Source: Gemmatimonadales bacterium (GTDB taxonomy: Bacteria; Gemmatimonadota; Gemmatimonadetes; Gemmatimonadales; GWC2-71-9). Taken from it: a DNA stretch of 38,677 bases. A program made the position numbers and the translations under genes. Numbering within the stretch: position 1 is the stretch's first letter; each line of letters opens with the position of its first letter. The DNA is taken from positions 1 through 38,677 of the forward strand of contig DASSML010000169.1 of the NCBI GenBank assembly GCA_035688895.1. Reading direction: 5' to 3'. Under the pieces are notes generated by a model. That model was not told where the DNA came from and did no database searches. It worked only from the letters and a program-made list of their open reading frames with translations. This document shows positions 24,834 to 31,852 of this stretch, piece after piece.

Positions 24834-25691
24834 ATGCCCGCCTTCTTGAGCCCCGGTCGCAGCCTCGCGATCCTCGCGCTGCTGGTCCTGCCGTCGGGGG
24901 CGTGGGCCAGCCCAACCGCCGACGCGCTCCGCACCGCGGCCCCCATCGACACGCCGACCGTCCGCCTCGACCTGGCCACGCTCAAGCAGCGGCTGGAGAG
25001 CGGCGGCAGCGACGGGCCCAACCTGGCTGGGGTAGACCTGAGCGGAATGGACCTCGCGGGGCTCGACTTCCGCCGGGCCAATCTGACCGGGTCCCGGCTC
25101 GCGGGCGCCAAGCTCCCGGGCGCGAACCTCTTCAGCTGCGACCTCACCGACGCCGACCTCTCGGGCGCCGATCTCACCAAGGCCAACATGGACGGGACCG
25201 TCCTTCGCCGGGCGGTGCTCAAACAGGCCAATCTCGCCGGGGCCAGCCTGTTCGCCACCATCATCGAGGCGGCCGACCTGAGCGGTGCGAACCTCTCCGG
25301 CACCCGGATCATCGGCTACCTGCGGAGCGCCAAGCTCCCCGGGGCCAGCCTGCAGAACAGCAACGCCGGAGCCGACCCCGGGAATCAGTCTATGGGGGTC
25401 ATGCGCGCCACCTTCGTCGGCGCCGACCTGAAGGGCGCCGACCTCAGCGGCGCCAACCTCTACAAGGCCGACTTCTCCCACGCCGACCTGACCGGGGCCA
25501 AGCTGCGGCGCGCCAACCTGGAGAACGCCGACCTGCTGCAGACCGACTTCACTCGGGCCGATCTGACCGGCGCCAAGCTGGCCAAGGCCGACATCGACGG
25601 GGCCATCTTCACCGGCGCGGTCGGCGTGTCTCAGATCCAGGGCCTGGATCAGGCCCGCAACCGTGACAAGGCAACCTTCGATGCCCACTGA
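24834..25691 (+). CDS. Secreted pentapeptide-repeat protein
   Basis: Signal peptide MPAFLSPGRSLAILALLVLPSGAWA. About 200 aa of A(D/N)LXX repeats follow (ADLSGADLTKANMDG, ANLSGTRI, ADLKGADLSGANLYKADFSHADLTGAKLRRANLENADLLQTDFTRADLTGAKLAKADIDGAIF). Confidence 0.85.
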   Translation: MPAFLSPGRSLAILALLVLPSGAWASPTADALRTAAPIDTPTVRLDLATLKQRLESGGSDGPNLAGVDLSGMDLAGLDFRRANLTGSRLAGAKLPGANLFSCDLTDADLSGADLTKANMDGTVLRRAVLKQANLAGASLFATIIEAADLSGANLSGTRIIGYLRSAKLPGASLQNSNAGADPGNQSMGVMRATFVGADLKGADLSGANLYKADFSHADLTGAKLRRANLENADLLQTDFTRADLTGAKLAKADIDGAIFTGAVGVSQIQGLDQARNRDKATFDAH

Positions 25692-26766
25692 TGCCCGAGG
25701 CGGGAGCGCACTGCTCCTGCTTGCCCTGCTTGCCTGCGGCGGCAGCGAAAAGCCTCCCGCAACCCAGGCCGCTGCCGACACGACCCCGCCGGCCGCCTCC
25801 ACTACTCCGGCCCTGATGGCCTACGTCCCCAACGAAGGCTCGGGCGAGGTCACGATCATCGACGTCGCGCTCGACAGCGCGGTCGGCACGATCCCGGTCG
25901 GTACCCGTCCGCGCGGCTCACGGGTGAGTCCGGACGGCACCAAGCTCTACGTAGCCTTGAGCGGCTCACCGCGCTGCCCGCCGACCATGCCCGACGAGGA
26001 GTGCGCGAAGCTCCGGGCCGACAAGAGCAAGGATGGCATCGGCGAGATCGATCTGGCCACACGGAAGGTCGTCCGTGTGCTCCCCGGCGGGTCCGACCCT
26101 GAGAACTTCGACATCAGCCAGGACGGCACCAAGCTCTTCATCTCCAACGAGGACGCGGGCGAAGCCACCTTCGTGGATATCGCCAGCGGCAAGGTGGAGA
26201 AGACGATCAAGGTGGGAGAGGAGCCCGAGGGCGTGAAGCTGGCGCCGGACGGTCACGAGGTGTGGGTCACCGCGGAAACCGCGCATGACGTGTCCGTGCT
26301 CGACACCCGGAGCGGCAAGGTGCTGGCCAAGATCGAGACCGGCAAGCGCCCCCGCAGCCTGGTCTTCAATCAAAACGGCACCCGGGCCTACGTGAGCTCG
26401 GAGGTCGGCGGCACGGTGGACATCATGGACGCCAAGACCTATAAGGTCCTCAAGACCTTGAAGATGCCGGAGGGAGCCAAGCCGATGGGCGTGGCCCTCT
26501 CGCCGGATGGCACGCGGCTCTACGTCGCCAACGGGCGGGCAGGTACCGTCTCGCTGGTGGATCTCGCCACCGACTCGGTGGTCACGAGCACCAAGGTGGG
26601 AACCCGGCCTTGGGGCATCGCGCTCACCCCGGATGGCAAGAAACTCTACGCCGCCAACGGTCCCTCGAACAACGTGAGCGTGCTCGACGCCGAGAACATG
26701 CAGGTGACGAAGACCGTGCCCGCGGGTGAGCTCCCCTGGGGCGTCACCCTCGGCAAGGCCCCGTGA
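25681..26766 (+). CDS. YVTN-family seven-bladed beta-propeller lipoprotein (PQQ-dependent-catabolism-associated type)
   Basis: Start is taken at ATG 25681, giving MPTDARGGSALLLLALLAC with a lipobox LLAC. The motif P.G...SPDG.KLYV.N....V.V.D recurs about 7 times. The track ORF starts at GTG 25663. Confidence 0.8.
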   Translation: MPTDARGGSALLLLALLACGGSEKPPATQAAADTTPPAASTTPALMAYVPNEGSGEVTIIDVALDSAVGTIPVGTRPRGSRVSPDGTKLYVALSGSPRCPPTMPDEECAKLRADKSKDGIGEIDLATRKVVRVLPGGSDPENFDISQDGTKLFISNEDAGEATFVDIASGKVEKTIKVGEEPEGVKLAPDGHEVWVTAETAHDVSVLDTRSGKVLAKIETGKRPRSLVFNQNGTRAYVSSEVGGTVDIMDAKTYKVLKTLKMPEGAKPMGVALSPDGTRLYVANGRAGTVSLVDLATDSVVTSTKVGTRPWGIALTPDGKKLYAANGPSNNVSVLDAENMQVTKTVPAGELPWGVTLGKAP

Positions 26767-27245
26767 TACGACCGACGGTCGCGTTCCTGCTCGCCGCCGC
26801 GGCCGGCGCCGGCAGCGCGGCGGGACCGAGCGGGTTCCGCTTCGAGCCCTACGCCCAGGTGGAGCTCCGCAAGCTCTGGAGCGACAGCCGGGAGAGCGGC
26901 CAGGAGCGGGTCGCCTGCCTGGCGGGGGTGATGGACGACGACTCGGTGCGGGTGACCGGCATGCGTGCCCTCGATACCTGGGCCGACTCCCTGATGATCT
27001 CGGCCAGCCAATCGCTCGAGGAGTGCCATCCGCCGGAGTGGGTCGGCACCGTCCATACCCACATCGCGCTCCGGGGCGGCCGGCCCTACAGCACCTTCTC
27101 GGGAGCCGACCGGGGCGTGAATACCCTCTGGTGGCGCCGGTGGAGCGTAGACGGCACTTTCTGCGTGCTCTTCACCGAGCAGGACGCCTACTGCGAGGTC
27201 GACGGCCCGCACGGACTCCGCATCTTCCCCCATGCCAGCTACTGA
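26763..27245 (+). CDS. Secreted JAB/MPN (JAMM-motif)-like protein, paralogue 1
   Basis: GTG 26763 overlaps the propeller stop (GTGA), and a signal-like N-terminus is present (VAFLLAAAAGAGSA). QERVACLAG (Glu), GTVHTH (HxH) and FSGAD (SxxD) resemble the E...HxH...SxxD JAMM signature, e.g. EACGVLAG / HSHT...PSRTD of Mec-type enzymes. The HxH-to-S spacer is longer than the usual 7 residues. Confidence 0.5.
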   Translation: MIRPTVAFLLAAAAGAGSAAGPSGFRFEPYAQVELRKLWSDSRESGQERVACLAGVMDDDSVRVTGMRALDTWADSLMISASQSLEECHPPEWVGTVHTHIALRGGRPYSTFSGADRGVNTLWWRRWSVDGTFCVLFTEQDAYCEVDGPHGLRIFPHASY

Positions 27246-27762
27246 GGGTCGGCGCCGCACCCTCGTCACCCTGGTCGCCTCGCTGCTCCTCGCCGCCAAC
27301 GCGTCGGCCCAGGACAGCCTCCCCCACCGGGCCACTCCCACCTTCCGCTTTGCCCCCGAAGCCGGTCGCACCCTCCGGAGCCTCTGGGAGGCCAGCGTCG
27401 CCGCCCAGCAGGAGCGGGTCGCCTGCCTGGCCGCCGAGGTCCGGAACGATTCCGTCTTCGTACTCCGCGTGCTCCCGCTGGAGACCTCCGGCGCCGACTC
27501 GATGACCATCGCATCCGACGAGTCGATCGAGCGGTGCGGACCGCCCTCCTGGTCCGGAACGGTCCACAGCCACGTGGCGGAGTACAGCGATGGACTCCCG
27601 TCCACCACCTTCTCGGCTCAGGATCGCGGCGTGATGCGTCGGTGGTACGAGCGCTGGCGGACCGACGGCGTCTTCTGCGTGGTATACAGTCGGCGGGATG
27701 CCCACTGCGAAGCCGACGGCGTGGTCGGAGGGATCCGCTCCCAGCCCAGCGTCACCCGCTGA
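27232..27762 (+). CDS. Secreted JAB/MPN (JAMM-motif)-like protein, paralogue 2
   Basis: Clear Sec signal (LVTLVASLLLAANASAQ). It has the same motif set as paralogue 1 (QERVACLAA, GTVHSH, FSAQD, DGVFCVV, AHCEADG), with about 40% identity by manual alignment. It overlaps the paralogue 1 stop by 14 nt. Confidence 0.5.
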   Translation: MPATEGRRRTLVTLVASLLLAANASAQDSLPHRATPTFRFAPEAGRTLRSLWEASVAAQQERVACLAAEVRNDSVFVLRVLPLETSGADSMTIASDESIERCGPPSWSGTVHSHVAEYSDGLPSTTFSAQDRGVMRRWYERWRTDGVFCVVYSRRDAHCEADGVVGGIRSQPSVTR

Positions 27763-27770
27763 GCCGGAGC

Positions 27771-27792
27771 CGGCCGCTCAGCTGAGCGGCCG
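27771..27792. terminator. Perfect 22-nt palindrome between convergent operons (CGGCCGCTCAG/CTGAGCGGCCG)
   Basis: It lies 9 nt after the JAB-like paralogue 2 stop and covers the DoxX-like stop codon. It can form the same hairpin on both strands. There is no U-tract. Confidence 0.4.
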
Positions 27793-28320
27793 TCGGGTCA
27801 GCGGCGACTTGGGTCGGTTCTCGGCGAGGCGGCCATCGATGCCCCAGGTCCGCCCGGCGCGAGCAAAGAAGAAGGTGATCATCAGCAGCGTGAGCAGCAA
27901 GTGGAAGCCCTGCTGCCCCGGCGACATCCACTGCGTGGCCAGGCCGTAGTTGATCACCAGCACGAGCCCCACGATGGACGCGACACCGGTCAGGAGGCCG
28001 AGCGTGAGTCCCAGGCCGGCCACCGTCTCGCCCCACGCCGTCAGATGCGCGAACAGACTGGCGTGCGTCAGCACGGTGTTCTCGAGGAAGTGCTTGTAGA
28101 AGAGGATCGGGTTGTCCGAGGCCTGCTTCGTGACGATCGCCGGCATCACGTTGATCCACCGGTCCGATACCGCCGGAAACGGGAGGAAGCCACCCAGCAG
28201 TGCGATGCTCATCTTGGTCACCAGGGACTTCACGAAATAGAGTCCCACGCCGATTCGGATGATCGCGAGCCATTGAGGGGCATGTTCGATGCTGACGGGC
28301 GAGCGGGCACGATAGGCCAT
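27778..28320 (-). CDS. DoxX/DoxD-like integral membrane protein
   Basis: Start is taken at the ATG giving MAYRARSPVSIEHAPQWLAIIRIGVGLYF, 28 nt after the oligopeptidase stop. Four hydrophobic segments are present, and the WGETVAGLGLTLGLLT pattern is typical of DoxX/DoxD proteins. Confidence 0.55.
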   Translation of the reverse strand: MAYRARSPVSIEHAPQWLAIIRIGVGLYFVKSLVTKMSIALLGGFLPFPAVSDRWINVMPAIVTKQASDNPILFYKHFLENTVLTHASLFAHLTAWGETVAGLGLTLGLLTGVASIVGLVLVINYGLATQWMSPGQQGFHLLLTLLMITFFFARAGRTWGIDGRLAENRPKSPLTRRPLS

Positions 28321-28348
28321 TTGGCGGAGCTCCCGGTGTTCGGTTGCC

Positions 28349-30400
28349 TTAAACCTCCACCCCCAACTGCCAAAACACAAACGTCCAGGTATCGGTGAGC
28401 TCGTCCAGCACCTTGTTGAGCGGCTTGCCCGCACCGTGGCCCGCCCGGGCCTCCAGGCGGAGCAGCACCGGCCGGTCCGACGATGTGGCCGCCTGCAGCC
28501 GGGCCGTCATCTTGCGGGCGTGCATCGGATCGACCCGGGTGTCGCTCTCGGCGGTCGCGAGCAGCACCGCCGGGTAGGCCACGCCGTCGCGCACATGCTG
28601 ATAGGGTGAGTAGGCGCGCAGCCAGCGGAACTGCTCCGGGTCCTCGGCCGATCCGTACTCCGGGATCCACAGCCGGGCGATGAGAAACCGATGGTACCGC
28701 AGCATGTCGAGCAGCGGCACCTGAATCACCACCGCGCCGAACAGCTCGGGGCGCTGGGTCAGCACCGCCCCCATCAGCAGCCCGCCGTTGCTCCCGCCCG
28801 CCGCCGCGAGGCGCTCCGGCCTGGTATACCCTTCCCGGATCAGCCACTCCGCGGCCGCGATGAAGTCGTCGAAGCTGTTCTGCTTGTGTCCCAGCATTCC
28901 GCCCTGGTGCCAGGCCTCGCCATACTCGCCGCCGCCCCGAATGTTTGGAATGGCGACGACGCCGCCTTGCTCCAGCCACAAGAGCAGCGAGCGGGAGAAC
29001 GCCGGCGTCATGCTGATGTTGAACCCGCCGTATCCGCTCAGGTAGACCGGATTGGCCCCGTTGCGCGACAGCCCCGTCCGGTGGATGACGAACATCGTCA
29101 CCTCGGTCCCGTCCTTCGAGCGATAAGCGACCTGCCGCACCTCGTAGCGGCTCGGATCCAGGTCGGCGGCCACCCGCCGCCAGAGCGTGCTGGTGCCGGC
29201 CGGCAGCTCCAGCCGATAGACCGTCGGCGGCACGGTGTACGAAGTGAAGCCGTAAAACACCTCGTCGCCGTCCCACTCGCCGGTGAGACCGAAGAGCGAG
29301 CCGATCGTGGGAAGGGCCACGTCCCGGACCTCGTTTCCGTCGAGGTCCGCCAGACGGAGCCGCGACGAGGCTCGCTCCAGATAGCTCAGCGCCAGCGCCG
29401 AGCCGGCGACCTTGAATCCATCGAGCACGGCGTCGGCGCTCGGCGGGACGATCTCTCGCCAACCCGCGCGCGCCGGCCGCTCGGGGTCCACCAGGTAGAG
29501 TCGGTAGGTCGGCGCGTCGAGATTGGTCCGGAGATACAGCCGGCCGCGCACGACCTCGCCGTCGAAGGTGGCCGGCAGGTCCTTCGCGACGGGCACCGGC
29601 GGCGTACCAGCCACACGGTCCTGCAGGTAGAGATCGGTCTGGTCGAACGTGCGCGCGACGCCGATCACCAGCCATCGCCCGTCGGGACTCAGCCCGACCC
29701 CCGGCCAGTGCTCCTTTTCCTCCGGGCGGAAGACCAGCGAATCGGCCTCGGGATCGGTGCGGAGCCGGTGAAAGAACACCGAGCGGTGATAGTGCTCCTC
29801 GCCCTCGGGCACCTCGCCGGGCGCAGGATAGCGGGTGTAGTAGAAGCCGCTGCCGTCGGGAAGCCACGCCAGATCCGCCGCTCGCGTCCGCGGGATCCGA
29901 TCCGGCAGCGGCGCGCCCGAGCTTACCTCCAGCAGGTGCAGCACGCTCTGCTCGCTGCCGTTTTCCGAGAGCCCGTATGCGAGGAGGCGCCCGTCGTCGC
30001 TGGGGTAGAACCAGTCGAGCGCGGTGGTGCCCTGGGCATCGAGGGAGTTCGGGTCGATCAGGACCCGGTCCTCGCCCTCGCGGCCCTCCCGCACATAGAG
30101 CACCGGTTGATTCTGCCGGCCGTCGCGCCGCTGGTAGAAGTAACGTCCGGCCACCGGTTCCGGCGTGCTCAGGGCGCCGATCGAGAGGAGCTCATCGAGG
30201 CGGCCGCGGAGGCGGGCCCGCCCCGGCACCGCCGCGAGCAGCGACTCGGTCAGCGCGTTCTGGCTCGCGGTCCATGCCTGGGTGCGCGGGTCGTCCCCCT
30301 GCTCCAGCCAGCGGTAGGGATCGGGAATCGACTCGCCATGGAGGACTTCGACCTCCTCACCGGCGGAGGTCGGCGGATAGGGCGGGCGGGACGACATCAC
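28349..30400 (-). CDS. Prolyl oligopeptidase (S9A family serine peptidase)
   Basis: 683 aa with an N-terminal beta-propeller region (DPYRWLE). The catalytic domain has GGSNGGLL (nucleophile Ser), later Asp/His regions (ESDTRVDP, GHGAGK). Confidence 0.9.
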   Translation of the reverse strand: MMSSRPPYPPTSAGEEVEVLHGESIPDPYRWLEQGDDPRTQAWTASQNALTESLLAAVPGRARLRGRLDELLSIGALSTPEPVAGRYFYQRRDGRQNQPVLYVREGREGEDRVLIDPNSLDAQGTTALDWFYPSDDGRLLAYGLSENGSEQSVLHLLEVSSGAPLPDRIPRTRAADLAWLPDGSGFYYTRYPAPGEVPEGEEHYHRSVFFHRLRTDPEADSLVFRPEEKEHWPGVGLSPDGRWLVIGVARTFDQTDLYLQDRVAGTPPVPVAKDLPATFDGEVVRGRLYLRTNLDAPTYRLYLVDPERPARAGWREIVPPSADAVLDGFKVAGSALALSYLERASSRLRLADLDGNEVRDVALPTIGSLFGLTGEWDGDEVFYGFTSYTVPPTVYRLELPAGTSTLWRRVAADLDPSRYEVRQVAYRSKDGTEVTMFVIHRTGLSRNGANPVYLSGYGGFNISMTPAFSRSLLLWLEQGGVVAIPNIRGGGEYGEAWHQGGMLGHKQNSFDDFIAAAEWLIREGYTRPERLAAAGGSNGGLLMGAVLTQRPELFGAVVIQVPLLDMLRYHRFLIARLWIPEYGSAEDPEQFRWLRAYSPYQHVRDGVAYPAVLLATAESDTRVDPMHARKMTARLQAATSSDRPVLLRLEARAGHGAGKPLNKVLDELTDTWTFVFWQLGVEV

Positions 30401-30415
30401 CGGAGCGGACGCGGC

Positions 30416-31498
30416 TCAGTCACCGAGGCTGATGCCCAGCTCCCGGGCGGTCGCGATGATGTCGCTGTCCAGCGGGATGTTCTTGGCGCGCCCCACCACC
30501 TGGTCGAGAGGCACGCGGGTGATGTCCGCGCCGTTGAGCCCCACCATGGTACCGAACGCGCGGTCGGCGATCGCCCGCACGGCGGCGCCGCCGAAGCGCA
30601 GCGCCAGCAGGCGGTCGTAGGTCGTGGGCGACCCTCCCCGCTGCAGGTGCCCCAGGACCAGGGTCCGGGTCTCCTTCCCGGTGCGATGCTCGATGGCGCG
30701 GGCCACCTTGCTGCCGATGCCACCCAGCCGGTCCACCGTGCCGACGCCCCGCCGCTCGACCAGCTCGATCGCGCCGTCGCGCGGCCGGGCGCCTTCCGCG
30801 ACCACCACGATGCTGAATCGGCGCCCCGCCGCTTCGCGGGTGAGGATCTTCTGGCACACCCTTTCGATGTCGAACGGAATCTCGGGCAGCAGGATCACGT
30901 CGGCGCTGCCCGACAGTCCGCTGTACAGCGCGATCCAGCCGGCGTAGCGCCCCATCAGCTCCACCACCATCACCCTGTCGTGGCTCTCGGCGGTGCTGTG
31001 CACCTTGTCGAGCGCCTCGGTGGCGGTGCTCACGGCACTGTCGAAGCCGAAGCTCCGCTGGGTGCCGGCGACGTCGTTGTCGATCGTCTTGGGCACGCAG
31101 ACCACCGGCAGGCCCTTGCACCAGAGCTGGTGGGAGATCTGCAGGCTGCCGTCGCCGCCGATCGACACCAGCGCGTCGAAGCCGCTGGCGTGAAACGCCG
31201 CGACCAGGTCGTCCGAGCGATCGACCTCGTATTCCTTGCCCTCGGGGTCCCGCATGACGTAGCGGAACGGATTGCCTCGATTGGTGGTCCCGAGGATGGT
31301 GCCGCCGAGATGGGTGATGCCGCGGACCGAGTCGGGACCGAGTCGAACCACCCCGTTGAAGGAGAGCAGCCCCTCGTAACCACGCTGGATTCCGTACGCC
31401 TGCCACCCCCGGGACTGCGCCGAGAGCACCACCGCCCGGATCACGGCATTGAGACCCGGGGCGTCCCCGCCGCCGGTGGAGAGGGCAATTCGCATCAC
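30416..31498 (-). CDS. pfk: 6-phosphofructokinase (phosphoryl-donor specificity unresolved)
   Basis: MRIALSTGGGDAPGLNAVIR, SIGGDGSL, PKTIDNDV and MGRYAGW. Gly in GGDG is ATP-type, but Lys in PKTIDND is seen in PPi-type and actinobacterial-type enzymes. The GTG start overlaps the stop of the upstream selenoprotein gene. Confidence 0.9.
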   Translation of the reverse strand: MMRIALSTGGGDAPGLNAVIRAVVLSAQSRGWQAYGIQRGYEGLLSFNGVVRLGPDSVRGITHLGGTILGTTNRGNPFRYVMRDPEGKEYEVDRSDDLVAAFHASGFDALVSIGGDGSLQISHQLWCKGLPVVCVPKTIDNDVAGTQRSFGFDSAVSTATEALDKVHSTAESHDRVMVVELMGRYAGWIALYSGLSGSADVILLPEIPFDIERVCQKILTREAAGRRFSIVVVAEGARPRDGAIELVERRGVGTVDRLGGIGSKVARAIEHRTGKETRTLVLGHLQRGGSPTTYDRLLALRFGGAAVRAIADRAFGTMVGLNGADITRVPLDQVVGRAKNIPLDSDIIATARELGISLGD

Positions 31499-31722
31499 CT
31501 GGAGCTCTGGAGTATCCGCACTACCTCTCCCGGTTCGGCGTGCCGGCGGACGGCCTTCTTGGAGAAGACCACCTTGCCATCGACCGAGACGTCGAACACG
31601 CCGCCGGACGACGGAATCAGCCGCACGTCCACTTCAGGGAACGACTGCTTCAGCTCGGCGGCCAGACTGGCTGCCCTCGGCTGGTAGTTTCAGACGACGC
31701 AGTAGGTAATGGTGGCGATCAC
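31495..31722 (-). CDS. Rdx/SelW-like selenoprotein (CxxU), 75 codons with in-frame TGA = Sec at codon 11
   Basis: GTG 31722 has AGGAGG 8 nt upstream. Translation is VIATITYCVV[TGA 31690-31692]NYQPRAASLAAELKQSFPEVDVRLIPSSGGVFDVSVDGKVVFSKKAVRRHAEPGEVVRILQSSR, ending at TGA 31495-31497. This follows the Rdx-family pattern (I.YC..C.W..RA..LA.EL...F......L.P...G.F.V.VDG..V.SK), with U replacing the second redox Cys. It is absent from the ORF track because of the TGA. Confidence 0.75.
31651..31683 (-). promoter_or_regulatory. Candidate bacterial SECIS stem-loop
   Basis: The mRNA sequence CAGCCGAGGGCAGCCAGUCUGGCCGCCGAGCUG begins 6 nt after the UGA. Pairings are CAGC/GCUG, GGC/GCC and GCCA/UGGC, with a GUC apical loop. 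The loop G is 23 nt past the UGA, within the range described for bacterial SECIS elements. Confidence 0.45.
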
Positions 31723-31815
31723 GCCGCTTTCCTCCTGGTTTGTGGGGACCGCCGCGAATCGTAGTCCTCCCGGGGGGAGATGCCAAGGGACGCCGGGCGG
31801 GTGTGACGGCGCTCC

Positions 31816-31844
31816 TTGTCAGCCCGACCGGTGCGTCGTATCTA
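31816..31844 (+). promoter_or_regulatory. Sigma70-type promoter TTGTCA-N17-TATCTA for the OmpA/TSP3 gene (predicts a leaderless or near-leaderless mRNA)
   Basis: -35 at 31816-31821, a 17-nt spacer, and -10 at 31839-31844. The ATG at 31853 is only 8 nt downstream, and no Shine-Dalgarno sequence intervenes. Confidence 0.45.
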
Positions 31845-31852
31845 TTTGATCC

